Shown piece after piece: positions 1 through 9,095 of a stretch of DNA of 64,000 bases. Location of the stretch: contig JAUWNJ010000002.1 of NCBI GenBank assembly GCA_030612725.1, forward strand, positions 64,542-128,541, given 5' to 3'. Every line of letters begins with the position of its first letter. Positions within the stretch are counted from its first letter, which is position 1. The notes beneath the pieces are model-generated. The model did no database searches. It had not been told where the DNA came from and worked only from the letters and a program-made list of their open reading frames with translations. The position numbers and the translations under genes were made by a program. The stretch comes from Planctomycetales bacterium. GTDB lineage: Bacteria; Planctomycetota; Phycisphaerae; SM23-33.

Positions 1-1317
1 CATTGTCGCATCTGACATTGCGGACATATCCACACCCTGTTCAACCAGCCAGGTTTTTCGCCCGACGAGAATTTCCTGCCCATCGACGTTTCCGCTGACG
101 CCCTTACCGGCGAATTCCTGGAAATCCGTCGGCTCCGCCGGTGCGATTCTGGCCTTCTGCGCGATTTTCACGATTGCCTTGGCGACGGGGTGTTTCGACA
201 TCTGTTCGAGAGCCGATGCCGTTTTGAGCAGTTCTTCCGGGTCGATTCCAGGCCCCGGCTGGAGGCGGGTAACCGCCAGTTCGCCGGTTGTCAGCGTTCC
301 GGTCTTGTCGAAAATCACAGATGTGAGGTTTCTCGCCACTTCCAGCGTGGAGACATCTTTGATGAGAATCCCAAGCCTGGCGGCGCATGACAGTGCAGCG
401 ACCATTGCCGTCGGAACCGCCAGAATCAGCGCGCACGGACAGGCTACGATAAGCATGGTAATTGCCCGCTCGATCCCGCCGCTGTTGCGTGTGAAGAACA
501 GTACAATTCCGGTAATCATAATTATTGTCGGCGTGTACCACCCGGCATATCGGTCGATTAACCGCATGATGGGCGTCCGCGTCTGCTGGGCCTGGAGAAT
601 GAGGTGGCGGACCTTGCCCAGCGTGGTATCGTCGCCGGCACGCGTAACTTTCACATCGACGACGCCGGTCTGGTTGTTCGTACCGGAGAAAACCTCGTCT
701 TCGACAGCCTTATCCACCGGCAGAGATTCGCCGGTAATGTTTGCCTGGTTGATGGATGTTTGTCCCGATACGATTATTCCGTCTGCTGGGACGTTGTCGC
801 CGGGGCGCACGCGGACTATGTCGCCGGCTGACAGGTCGGTCGGATTGACGAGTTCCTCGCTACCGTCGTCGGCGAGACGGTGGGCCTTGGTTGGTGAGAT
901 GCGGATGAGCGATTCGATACTGGCCTTTGCGCCCAGTGCGGTTCGCGTCTCCACCAGGTTCGCCAGCAGCAGGAAGAAGGCTACGATCCCCGCCGTTCGG
1001 TAATCCGCCGCCGTCAATGCGGCGATGACAGCCAGGGCGACCAGTTCGTCCATGTGTGCCTCATGGCGAAAGATGCCCTTAATCGCGTGGATGATGATGG
1101 GAAACCCCAGCAGGATTGCTCCGGCCAGCGCCAGGATGTCGGCGAAGGAATTCAGTTCTCGCCGCCCGTCGGAAAAGGTTACACGCGAAAAAATCGGGAT
1201 CATCGGAACTATATACGAACAAAGCACCAGTACGCCGCCCAGAAGTATCCCTACGATAAGTACGCTCGCGCGGACGGTCTGTGCCTCGACCGAATCCTTC
1301 AGAATGTCATGAGCCAT
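1..1317 (-). CDS. Heavy-metal translocating P1B-type ATPase (Zn/Cd/Pb-like), 5' part; runs off the window start
   Basis: Not in the ORF track; read manually on the minus strand from ATG 1317 (GGAG RBS): MAHDILKDSVEAQTV...HMDELVALA...MLIVACPCALILAVPTA...VIFDKTGTLTTG. Contains the CPC transmembrane motif and the DKTGT phosphorylation motif. Confidence 0.93.
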   Translation of the reverse strand, partial: MAHDILKDSVEAQTVRASVLIVGILLGGVLVLCSYIVPMIPIFSRVTFSDGRRELNSFADILALAGAILLGFPIIIHAIKGIFRHEAHMDELVALAVIAALTAADYRTAGIVAFFLLLANLVETRTALGAKASIESLIRISPTKAHRLADDGSEELVNPTDLSAGDIVRVRPGDNVPADGIIVSGQTSINQANITGESLPVDKAVEDEVFSGTNNQTGVVDVKVTRAGDDTTLGKVRHLILQAQQTRTPIMRLIDRYAGWYTPTIIMITGIVLFFTRNSGGIERAITMLIVACPCALILAVPTAMVAALSCAARLGILIKDVSTLEVARNLTSVIFDKTGTLTTGELAVTRLQPGPGIDPEELLKTASALEQMSKHPVAKAIVKIAQKARIAPAEPTDFQEFAGKGVSGNVDGQEILVGRKTWLVEQGVDMSAMSDATM

Positions 1318-1487
1318 ATAATTCTCCGCTTTTTTTTCCGGGGAAACAGGTTGTCATTGATACGCCGCTGTTACACCGGCGGTTCTGATGATTTACGATT
1401 AATTCAGGAAAGGCAAACGCTATCGACAAAGACGCGATAATGCAACGTTTTTTGTGTCGGAGCTTCGGGGATTACTTCATTGAGGGG

Positions 1488-1556
1488 TAGGCCGGGCCGG
1501 AGCGACACATAGTGTCCTGCCGTAGGCATCCCTATGGGCCTACGGGAAGAGACCCA
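1488..1556. repeat. REP-like GTAG-containing palindromic element
   Basis: GTAGGCC...GGCCTAC arms with an inner TGCC-GTA-GGCA / CCC-TAT-GGG. The 21-mer at 1518-1538 recurs inverted at 19159-19179. Confidence 0.5.
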
Positions 1557-1571
1557 CCTGGATAAGGCGGG

Positions 1572-1853
1572 CTACCCACTATGTGCCGGTTCCAGAGCCT
1601 GTAGGATTCTCTGTCGTGTCTTTGCGGGAAAATGAAGCATTGTAAAAAGGTCTTTGGGAAATACAACGAAACAATCGGCTGGGTATAGATAATCTTCCCC
1701 GGATTCGTCGATGACCCTGATCATGTCGATGTCTTCTTCTCCTTCATCGGGCAGCATCAGATAGAGTTTGTTCGCTTCAAGGGAAGCGGAATATTCTTCG
1801 TTGTTAACGCACAGGCATAATTGTGTTTTTCGTTTGGCCATTTTATCGCTCAC
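1572..1853 (-). CDS. Conserved small protein (RVIDESGEDYLYP motif), putative antitoxin/immunity partner
   Basis: Acidic 93-aa ORF, translationally coupled (GTGA overlap) to the upstream basic ORF. Confidence 0.75.
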   Translation of the reverse strand: MSDKMAKRKTQLCLCVNNEEYSASLEANKLYLMLPDEGEEDIDMIRVIDESGEDYLYPADCFVVFPKDLFTMLHFPAKTRQRILQALEPAHSG

Positions 1854-2083
1854 AGTATTCGCTTGATTTTGAATTCCACTTGCCCGATTCCATGTGCTTC
1901 GTACCAGTGAATCTCCGCCTCAAATACCTTTCCTTGCCGACGGACTTTTGCATAACCCTTTCTCTTCCGCCAGCGACCTTTTCCGTATATCTTCTCCAAT
2001 CGCGGAAACTCGCGAATTTGCTTTCCGGTTACAAAAGTTTTTGGATTCCGAATATCGCTGATAATTTCGAAACTTGGTTTCAT
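1850..2083 (-). CDS. Conserved small basic protein (WRKRKG...AEIHWYEAHGIG), putative toxin
   Basis: 77 aa, K/R-rich, HWYE motif, two-gene operon architecture. Confidence 0.75.
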   Translation of the reverse strand: MKPSFEIISDIRNPKTFVTGKQIREFPRLEKIYGKGRWRKRKGYAKVRRQGKVFEAEIHWYEAHGIGQVEFKIKRIL

Positions 2084-2129
2084 TCAATTCACTTTATTAT
2101 AGCAGACTAATGTTGTTTCCGAAAAGAAT

Positions 2130-3275
2130 TCATTTTTTCGAGATTGTCTCCAGGATTCGGAGGTAACTCTGGTATCGTCGCAGCGGGATTTTACCGGCTT
2201 CGGCTGCGGCGATAACGGCGCAGTCCGGCTCGTGAGTGTGCGTGCAATCGTTGAATTTGCACTGCGGCGCGAATTCGACCAGTTCCGGGAAATACCAGGT
2301 CAACTCAGCGGCGTCCATTTCGACGGCCAATTCGCGCACGCCGGGCGTATCGACCAGCAACCCGCCGCCCGGAAGTTCGTGCAGTGTAGCAGCCGAGGTA
2401 ACGTGCCGACCTCGCTGATCCTTCATGCGAATCTGCCTGACTGCCAGGTCCGCGCCCGGAACCAGGGCGTTAATCAGCGTGGATTTTCCGACGCCCGAAG
2501 CGCCGGCAAGTACGCTCCGCCTGTCCCGAAGGGCCTTACGCAGTTTCCGTAGCCCCTTGCCCGTCTCGGCGGAGCAGAGAAACACCTCGATATCGCCGGA
2601 TGAAAGTTCCTTCAGCAGTTTTTTATCCGGTTTGTCCAGGTCGATTTTGTTGATTACGATCACCGGCTTCATCTCGCCACGTTCGGCGACGATGCAGAAC
2701 CGGTCGATCAGTCCGGGTCTGAACGCAGGCTGGCGGACCGACGCGATAATCAACAGCGTGTCCATATTCGCGGCTACGACTTTTACGAACATTTCATTAT
2801 CGTATCGCCCGCGTCGTTTTCCGCTGGTCGGTTGCGGTCGTGCAAGGGCGGACCGCCTGGGTCGTCGGGAGAGAATCACTCCGTCGGTTCGCTGGCTGTC
2901 GGTTGTCGTATCCCCCGAAACGTGCTGTGCCTCCGTCAGCGACACAGACACCTCGTCTCCGACTGCCAGTGCGGTTGTATCCTTCGGCGGGCGGAACGTG
3001 CCTGCCAATCGGCAGAGTAATTCATCTTCGCCCAACCGCACAATCGCCCCGCCTGGAAACAGTCCCGTTACAATTGCGATTGCTTCTGACTCATGCGATG
3101 GTTCGTCGGTTTCGCCGGCCTTGGCGATTGGCTGATTGCGTGAGGCCGGGAGTTTGACGCGTAGAGGTTGGAGTGTCTCTGCTGAATCGGCGTCGAGCGA
3201 ATCTGTTTCCGCTTCGCGGAAGCGTCGCTCCCAGTCTTTTATCCGCCGTTGCGATTTACCTTTGCGTCTGGGCAT
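2130..3275 (-). CDS. rsgA: Ribosome small subunit-dependent GTPase A
   Basis: Circularly permuted GTPase motifs NKID, GASGVGKS, GRHVT and DTPG, plus the C-terminal Zn site CKFNDCTHTHEPDC. The start (3275 vs 3311) is uncertain. Confidence 0.95.
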   Translation of the reverse strand: MPRRKGKSQRRIKDWERRFREAETDSLDADSAETLQPLRVKLPASRNQPIAKAGETDEPSHESEAIAIVTGLFPGGAIVRLGEDELLCRLAGTFRPPKDTTALAVGDEVSVSLTEAQHVSGDTTTDSQRTDGVILSRRPRRSALARPQPTSGKRRGRYDNEMFVKVVAANMDTLLIIASVRQPAFRPGLIDRFCIVAERGEMKPVIVINKIDLDKPDKKLLKELSSGDIEVFLCSAETGKGLRKLRKALRDRRSVLAGASGVGKSTLINALVPGADLAVRQIRMKDQRGRHVTSAATLHELPGGGLLVDTPGVRELAVEMDAAELTWYFPELVEFAPQCKFNDCTHTHEPDCAVIAAAEAGKIPLRRYQSYLRILETISKK

Positions 3276-3336
3276 GACGGACATTGTTACCGGCATGAGG
3301 CGAATCCGCAACCAATCCGCGGATTATTAAAAAACG

Positions 3337-3384
3337 AAGGGATGTCTCCTTCGCCTGACTCGACGAAAGAAACATCCCTTTTTT
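3337..3384. terminator. Intrinsic terminator-like hairpin downstream of the PEP-CTERM gene
   Basis: AAGGGATGT...ACATCCCTT stem flanked by A and T runs. Confidence 0.6.
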
Positions 3385-3415
3385 CTAATCCGTTAAAGCG
3401 TTACTGAACTACCGC

Positions 3416-4210
3416 CTATGCTCTTTTCCTGCGGAGGATAACGCCAACCAGACCAACACCCAGAAGCGTCAGGGTCATCGGTTCGGGAACGACCTTGGCC
3501 ACAATGCTGCCACCAACGCCGTCGGTCCTTGTCAACTGCCAATCAGAGGTCTTACCACCGACAACTGTGAAGTCTGTGAAAAGCGTGGTGTCAAGAGTAC
3601 CAACCACGGACATTATCACGATTTCTGCATTTAGCACTTCGGCGTAACCACTAGCATCCAGCACGAGTCCACCGGCCAGGGTGGCATCACCGGCGACAGT
3701 AATCGTCGAAAGCTTGCTGCCATCATTGTCCGGCTTAACCCTCAGTGTTCCTGCTCCACTCCACTTGATGATCCAGTTACCGGCTACGTCAACCGTGCAG
3801 TTGGAACCAACTACTGTGAGTCCCCAATCGCCTGCACCCTCGAAGCCCCATGTCCCGGTATGATAGATACCGGTTCCGGACACCGTGACGCCGCCGGGAT
3901 TGACGGCGTTGCCGGCATTGTAGAGCTGGCTTTTCTTTGCAGTCAGCACGCCGCCTGAAGTAATCCTCACGCCCATTCCACCAAACAAATAACTGACTGT
4001 GCCTGCGTCCGCAGTAATAAGGGGATCCAGGGCGGTGAAACCATCGATTTGGGCGGCATCAGCCGCTCCCGGCACCATGCCGTTAGACCAATTATTAGGA
4101 TCGCCCCAATCTTCGCTGACATCGCCGGTCCAAATTTCATTACCAAACGCCGGTGCCGACAAAGCAACCACCGCCAGTACTGCCAATAAAATCGTTACAT
4201 TTCTCATCAT
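3416..4210 (-). CDS. PEP-CTERM surface protein (beta-rich, autotransporter-passenger-like N-terminus WTG...DWGDPNNWS)
   Basis: Signal peptide; C-terminal VPEPMTLTLLGVGLVGVILRRKRA; GAGGAG RBS before ATG 4210. Confidence 0.9.
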   Translation of the reverse strand: MMRNVTILLAVLAVVALSAPAFGNEIWTGDVSEDWGDPNNWSNGMVPGAADAAQIDGFTALDPLITADAGTVSYLFGGMGVRITSGGVLTAKKSQLYNAGNAVNPGGVTVSGTGIYHTGTWGFEGAGDWGLTVVGSNCTVDVAGNWIIKWSGAGTLRVKPDNDGSKLSTITVAGDATLAGGLVLDASGYAEVLNAEIVIMSVVGTLDTTLFTDFTVVGGKTSDWQLTRTDGVGGSIVAKVVPEPMTLTLLGVGLVGVILRRKRA

Positions 4211-4665
4211 TTCTCTCCTCACTTCTCCCAGCGCCGGTTTTCCAACGGCACGCCCGTTAGTTGCCGGCACCATAACTAAAAAACCTTTCTTTACAAAATT
4301 ACAACCACAAAATCACAACCAGACTTGCGTTGCACCCTGCCTCCTTTCTTAAAAAGGCTCCAAAGAAACCAAACTTCAGGATATTAACTAGACTAGACTT
4401 GCGTTCTGTCTCCGCATTACCTTCCTTCGACAACTCACATGCCAAACAAGAAATGTGCTCCAATTCTCTTACGCCAGCCAGATCAACTGGCATAGGAACC
4501 GTAATCCTCATCTCAATCAACCGCGATTCTATCACGGTATGCCGAGATTGTCAAGGGATAAAACCATTTTTTTTACAATTTTTTGCGGGATTCAAAATGA
4601 ACTGAAGAGAAGAGGGAGAAAGGGGCGGGCGCTTTATGCCTTTCAGGGTCAGGCGTCTTATTTGG

Positions 4666-5484
4666 TCAGCGGCGTCGTCTGTGGTTCACTATCGCGGCGA
4701 CGCCGACGAGGACAGACGAGACGATAACGATCATCGCACCTGTCGGCAGGTCGGCAACGGCGGCAACAAGGAAGCCTCCCAGCCCGCTGACAGCCCCCAG
4801 CCCCATCGCAACACCCAATGCCCGGCCATGTCCTTTGACCAGCAGGAAGGCAGCGGCTGCGGGATTCGCCATGAGGCTGTAGATCATCAGCCCGCCGATG
4901 GTCTGAAAATTCACCGTCAGCACAGCCGCAGTGAGGACAAGGAATATCGTCCAGATGAGCGTTACGTGCACGCCGGCAGCGGCAGCGTGAAGCCGACTGA
5001 ACATTATCGCGCGCATCTCCTTGTAGAACAGCACAACGAAGGCGACCTGAACCGCCGCCACTGCCGACATCAACTTCACGTGATCCCACCGGCAGTAGAT
5101 CAGGCTGCCCCAGAGCAGGTTGCGAACGTCGTTGTCGGAGATGCCGTATTTCGGGAACAACCCGATTCCCAGAAACGCCAGTCCCATCGAGAGCGTGAAC
5201 AGCAGCCCCATCAGGACGTTAATGTTAATATGCGTAGTTTCCGGTTCCAGCAGCCCCAGGAGCATGGCTGTTACAATCGCGCCGATAAGGGCGGGGATAA
5301 GCAGCATAGGCCCGGACAGGCCGAACAAGGAGCCGAAGACAGCGCCGGCCAGGGCGGCGTGCGAGACGCAGACGCCCAGAAACGGTATCTGCATCCCGAC
5401 GACGTACACGCCGAGCATCCCCGTCGATGCTCCTGCTACCGCGCCACCGACCATTACGGGCGCCCAGAAGGTCAGGTCAATCAT
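4666..5484 (-). CDS. Metal ABC transporter permease (ZnuB/MntB-like ABC-3 family)
   Basis: Polytopic membrane protein with SHAALAG and LLWGSL motifs; coupled to the ATPase gene. Confidence 0.9.
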   Translation of the reverse strand: MIDLTFWAPVMVGGAVAGASTGMLGVYVVGMQIPFLGVCVSHAALAGAVFGSLFGLSGPMLLIPALIGAIVTAMLLGLLEPETTHININVLMGLLFTLSMGLAFLGIGLFPKYGISDNDVRNLLWGSLIYCRWDHVKLMSAVAAVQVAFVVLFYKEMRAIMFSRLHAAAAGVHVTLIWTIFLVLTAAVLTVNFQTIGGLMIYSLMANPAAAAFLLVKGHGRALGVAMGLGAVSGLGGFLVAAVADLPTGAMIVIVSSVLVGVAAIVNHRRRR

Positions 5485-6275
5485 GCCCAGGCCCTCCCCG
5501 ATGGGATTACGGCGTGCCGACCGGTCTCGTGCACTACCACAAGGGAACTGCCGTAAAGAGAAGCGATTCGCTCATTCGTCAGCACCTCTTCAGGCGTTCC
5601 GTCGGCGGTGATTCGTCCCGCCTCCAAAAGCACCACCCGCCGGCAGCAGGGGGGGATGACCTCCAGTTCATGGCAGACAAGAACGACGGTCATGTGCATT
5701 TGGCGGTAAAGTTCTTCCATGACGGCGACGATCTGCTCACGCCAGAATAAATCGAGATTGGCTGTCGGTTCGTCGAGAATGAGCATCTCCGGCTGCTGGA
5801 CCATCGCCCGCGCGATGAGCGCCTTTCGCTGCTCACCGCCGGATAAGTCGCTGTATGCGCTACCGGTAAGTCCGCGAAGCCCGAGCCGGTCGATCCACTC
5901 ATCGACGATTCGCCAATCATCCCGGCCCAGGGGTCGGCCAAGTCCGGCGATACCGCATCGACCTATGGCGACGACCTCGCGGAGCGTCAGCGGCATCTCG
6001 CTGTGAGCGGCGAGGATTTGCGGAACGTACCCGACTCGCCGGCGAAGCCGGCTCAAACCCGCCCGGCGTACGCATTGCCCCAGCAGCCTCACCTCGCCCG
6101 CAACGCCGCGTTGAAAACCCAGGCAGCATTTCAGCAGCGTACTTTTGCCCGCGCCGTTCGGGCCAAGGATCGTAACAACTTCGCCGGCGAATACATCCAG
6201 ATGCTCGACCGAAAGGATCGTCCGCCCACCGGCGCGAACGTGCAGATTATCGATTTGTATCACCGAATCGGTCAT
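5481..6275 (-). CDS. Metal ABC transporter ATP-binding protein
   Basis: Walker A GPNGAGKS, signature LSGGE, Walker B LILDEP. Confidence 0.95.
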   Translation of the reverse strand: MTDSVIQIDNLHVRAGGRTILSVEHLDVFAGEVVTILGPNGAGKSTLLKCCLGFQRGVAGEVRLLGQCVRRAGLSRLRRRVGYVPQILAAHSEMPLTLREVVAIGRCGIAGLGRPLGRDDWRIVDEWIDRLGLRGLTGSAYSDLSGGEQRKALIARAMVQQPEMLILDEPTANLDLFWREQIVAVMEELYRQMHMTVVLVCHELEVIPPCCRRVVLLEAGRITADGTPEEVLTNERIASLYGSSLVVVHETGRHAVIPSGRAWA

Positions 6276-7102
6276 TATCGATTTTCCGCGACGAGTTCGG
6301 TAACATTATCGTGGACGAGTTTGTCGAACCCGTCGCCGGTCGGAAAATTCCCGAAGACAACCACCTTTGCCCCAAGCCGCTCGGCCAGCGCATCCGCAAG
6401 CCGCCTGCCAGCCGGCAGATTTGCGACGACAATCTTCACCCCTGCCGACCTTGCCGAGCGGACGGCGGCGTCAATCTCGCTGATACCGGCGGTGTCGGAA
6501 CTTTTGAACGTAGCGACTACGTTCAGGCCAAGTCGCCGGCAAAAGGCGGCCTGATGCCTGCTGGCGAGCACCGGCGAACCCTTGAGGTTCGCCGATTCTA
6601 TCCGCCCCTTCGCCCACTCGCCCAGCGACGCCATTCTCCCTGCTACCTTTTCCAGCCTGGCGTCGGCGTCGGCGCGGTCGAGCAGACCGGCGGCTACGAA
6701 GGCCTCGGCAGTCTGCCGGCAGGCGGAGAGGTAACTTTCCGGCTCGCACAGCCCGCCGCCAATTTTTATCGAGGCGATTTGCAGACCGGCGGCTTTGAGG
6801 TCCGACAGTTTCGCCTCCAGCGATTCCTGGAAGTCCTGTCGCAGCAGCAACCGGCAGGTGCGGAGTTGCTCAATCTGCGAGGGGCGGATGTCGAAATGTC
6901 CGGGGCACATCCCAGGCCCGGCCAGGCGGAGGACGGGTTCGCCGTCTTCGAGGAACTCCCGCGCGGCGCATTCCAGATACGACGTACTCGCCGCCACTTC
7001 AGACGGTTCATCCTTACTGCAACCTGTGATTGCGATCGTCGCCGATACGCAAAACGCCAGAATCACTCGATAACGTTTCAATGTGCATACCCTTTCATTC
7101 AT
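6275..7102 (-). CDS. Metal ABC transporter substrate-binding lipoprotein (ZnuA/TroA-like)
   Basis: Lipobox-like ITGC, the motif GMCPGHFDIRPS at the usual DPH position, and its position in the ABC operon. Start is 7102 (ATG) or 7081 (TTG). Confidence 0.82.
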   Translation of the reverse strand: MNERVCTLKRYRVILAFCVSATIAITGCSKDEPSEVAASTSYLECAAREFLEDGEPVLRLAGPGMCPGHFDIRPSQIEQLRTCRLLLRQDFQESLEAKLSDLKAAGLQIASIKIGGGLCEPESYLSACRQTAEAFVAAGLLDRADADARLEKVAGRMASLGEWAKGRIESANLKGSPVLASRHQAAFCRRLGLNVVATFKSSDTAGISEIDAAVRSARSAGVKIVVANLPAGRRLADALAERLGAKVVVFGNFPTGDGFDKLVHDNVTELVAENR

Positions 7103-7110
7103 TACGCGCG

Positions 7111-7812
7111 TTACAGGCCCGTATGCATCTGTCCGTCCGTGGTTCGCACCCGGGAAATCACGCCTTGAGTGCCGAGGCCACGATACCACGAGCATCGAGC
7201 CACCGGCGCACGCGGCGGCACGCCAACGTCCTTGTCGTATCTCGGCCCGACACTCCAGATGACCCAACTAATCGGGCACGGAATTATTTTGCCGTTCACG
7301 TCGGTGGGTCTCCAGACATTATCATAAGATTGCCCAGCCAGTGTCTGCGGATCGGCGTCAGGATCATCACGGGGGAAATCATCAGGCACCCAGACGCTCT
7401 TGGGGACCGCGCCGTTGTTGTGAAGACCCCAGCCGGGTGCCTTGTACTTATAAGTATGTCCGGGGTTGAAGACGTCCTCCATGTTGGCCGACATCTTCGT
7501 ATCGGGTTGGCCCGCTGCCAGCCATTGCCTCTGAACCAACTCGATCGGCAACTCGCAGAAATGCTCCCACTTTTCGGTCTCGCAGTACGTTCGCATGGGT
7601 GGGTAGGTCTGCTTGTTCTGCGAGGCGTAGCATTCCAGTGCGGTGGCGATGCCCCGCAGTTCCGCCATTGCTTTGGTTACCTTCGCCATCTCTTTTGCCG
7701 CCGAAAGGCTCGGCAGCAGGATCGACACCAGCAGAGCAAGGATTGCGACAACCACAAGTAACTCTACAAGCGTAAAACCCGCGAGATGATCATTGTTTCG
7801 AAGCATAATCAC
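7111..7812 (-). CDS. Prepilin-type N-terminal cleavage/methylation domain protein (planctomycete pilin-like)
   Basis: GFTLVELLVVVAILALLVSILLPSL...AKVTKAMAELRGIATALECY; C-terminal WSVGP motif. Confidence 0.9.
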   Translation of the reverse strand: MIMLRNNDHLAGFTLVELLVVVAILALLVSILLPSLSAAKEMAKVTKAMAELRGIATALECYASQNKQTYPPMRTYCETEKWEHFCELPIELVQRQWLAAGQPDTKMSANMEDVFNPGHTYKYKAPGWGLHNNGAVPKSVWVPDDFPRDDPDADPQTLAGQSYDNVWRPTDVNGKIIPCPISWVIWSVGPRYDKDVGVPPRAPVARCSWYRGLGTQGVISRVRTTDGQMHTGL

Positions 7813-7872
7813 CGACCACGGCCAAGTCTTCGACTTGACCGTGCCACCCTGAAATTATCATGCTATAGTCCA

Positions 7873-8820
7873 CTACCGACTTCTGCGGCGGCGTCTGAAT
7901 ATCGCCAGGCTGCCGAGGGTCAGCAACAACAGCGAGGCAGGTTCGGGAACGATGCCCAGCATATCGCTGCCGCCGTCGTAACCCATCACCCACATCCGGT
8001 ATCCGGTGGTGTATCCCTCTTCCTGGTTGAATATACCGACCACGTCAAACGTGCCACCAAGATTGCTGGGGTCGCTAAAGACATCGGACATTCCCAGACG
8101 GCAAGGCAACGTCAGGCCGGTGCCGTCAGTGATCTCCATCTCTACGTCAGGACCCCACAGATTCGCATCGACGAAACTGACGTCGTTGATGCGGACCAGC
8201 CTCGCCTGGTAATACTCCCCACCGATTAAGCGTGTGTCGTCGAAGATGTCATTGTTCGAGGCGTCCTTGACATCCGCCAGCGTAATCACTTCCGGCGCGG
8301 GCAGCCCCGGCGTGCTGTCCAGCCATTCGACGGTGAAGTCCATTCCCGAAGCGGAACAGTGTCGCTCGTTGACGTTGGTCTTGCCGTTGTACCCCTTGAT
8401 GTAGCCGGTAACGCGCACCCTGTCGCCCATGCGGATGCGGTGAGCGTCGTCGTAGTTCAGACGGTTCAACTCGTCGTTCCACTCCGTTTCCGTATAGTCC
8501 ACGTCGCCCATCCTGCTGTATTTTTGTCCCATCCAGCAGGCGGTCCCGGCGTGGTCGCCACCTTCGCCCTGAACGTAAATCTGCCACTGGCCGCCCATCC
8601 ATGCAGGGGCGTCGTAGGCCGGGTCGAGCATATCCTCGGGGTTGTTCAGCACGACCCCCTCCAACACAACCGTCAGCGTTGCACCCTCCTTCAGGTGCGT
8701 GGCGTGACCGGTGTTATCGACAGCCTGAATTTCCCAGTGAGTTTCAGCCTGTACCATCGCTGCGACGAGCAGCAGTGCAACTGTTCCAATAACGAGACTT
8801 TTTGTAACTTTTGCGAGCAT
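7873..8820 (-). CDS. PEP-CTERM surface protein with probable OB-fold-like repeats
   Basis: Signal peptide; GDRVRVTG and YQARLVRINDV segments; C-terminal VPEPASLLLLTLGSLAIFRRRRRSR; AAGGAG RBS before ATG 8820. Confidence 0.88.
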   Translation of the reverse strand: MLAKVTKSLVIGTVALLLVAAMVQAETHWEIQAVDNTGHATHLKEGATLTVVLEGVVLNNPEDMLDPAYDAPAWMGGQWQIYVQGEGGDHAGTACWMGQKYSRMGDVDYTETEWNDELNRLNYDDAHRIRMGDRVRVTGYIKGYNGKTNVNERHCSASGMDFTVEWLDSTPGLPAPEVITLADVKDASNNDIFDDTRLIGGEYYQARLVRINDVSFVDANLWGPDVEMEITDGTGLTLPCRLGMSDVFSDPSNLGGTFDVVGIFNQEEGYTTGYRMWVMGYDGGSDMLGIVPEPASLLLLTLGSLAIFRRRRRSR

Positions 8821-8896
8821 GAGCATTCTCCTTTCCTCTGACTTCGAGCACATAACAAAAAGAACTTCATCGCAGTCCGTAGGACTCTTCGAGAGC

Positions 8897-8970
8897 ACGC
8901 AGAGAGAGCAGAGAAAAGAAACAAAAAAGTTTTTTTATTTGTTCTCTGCGTTTTCTGCGTTCTCTGCGTT
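8897..8970. repeat. 9-mer tandem-repeat inverted element (CGCAGAGAA / TTCTCTGCG)
   Basis: Left arm acgcagagagagcagagaaaagaa; right arm ttctctgcg-ttttctgcg-ttctctgcg. Confidence 0.75.
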
Positions 8971-9011
8971 CATCTTAATTATGGTCTCCTGATCGCCATT
9001 CGGGTTGAGCA

Positions 9012-9040
9012 TTGACACAATCAAGCCACGGCGGTATTAA
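9012..9040 (+). promoter_or_regulatory. Putative sigma70 promoter for the methyltransferase gene
   Basis: TTGACA (9012-9017), a 17-nt spacer, then TATTAA (9035-9040). Confidence 0.5.
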
Positions 9041-9061
9041 CTATCTCTGGAAAGTTAATAC
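9034..9061. promoter_or_regulatory. Palindromic operator, NikR-like (GTATTA-N16-TAATAC)
   Basis: Perfect 9-bp inverted repeat GTATTAACT-N10-AGTTAATAC overlapping the -10 box. It has the same geometry as the E. coli NikR site GTATGA-N16-TCATAC and lies next to a metal ABC importer. Confidence 0.6.
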
Positions 9062-9095
9062 TTCCGACGGCGATATTAAGAAAGAAAAAAATCGT

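Noticed and set aside
179..1003. 274-aa plus-strand ORF and overlapping short ORFs
   Set aside because: Shadows of the minus-strand P-type ATPase, which has CPC and DKTGT motifs.
8830..9010. Metal or cobalamin riboswitch upstream of the ABC operon
   Set aside because: No recognisable NiCo or cobalamin consensus; the hairpins are explained by the 9-mer element and a GTA mini-hairpin. An Rfam scan would be decisive.
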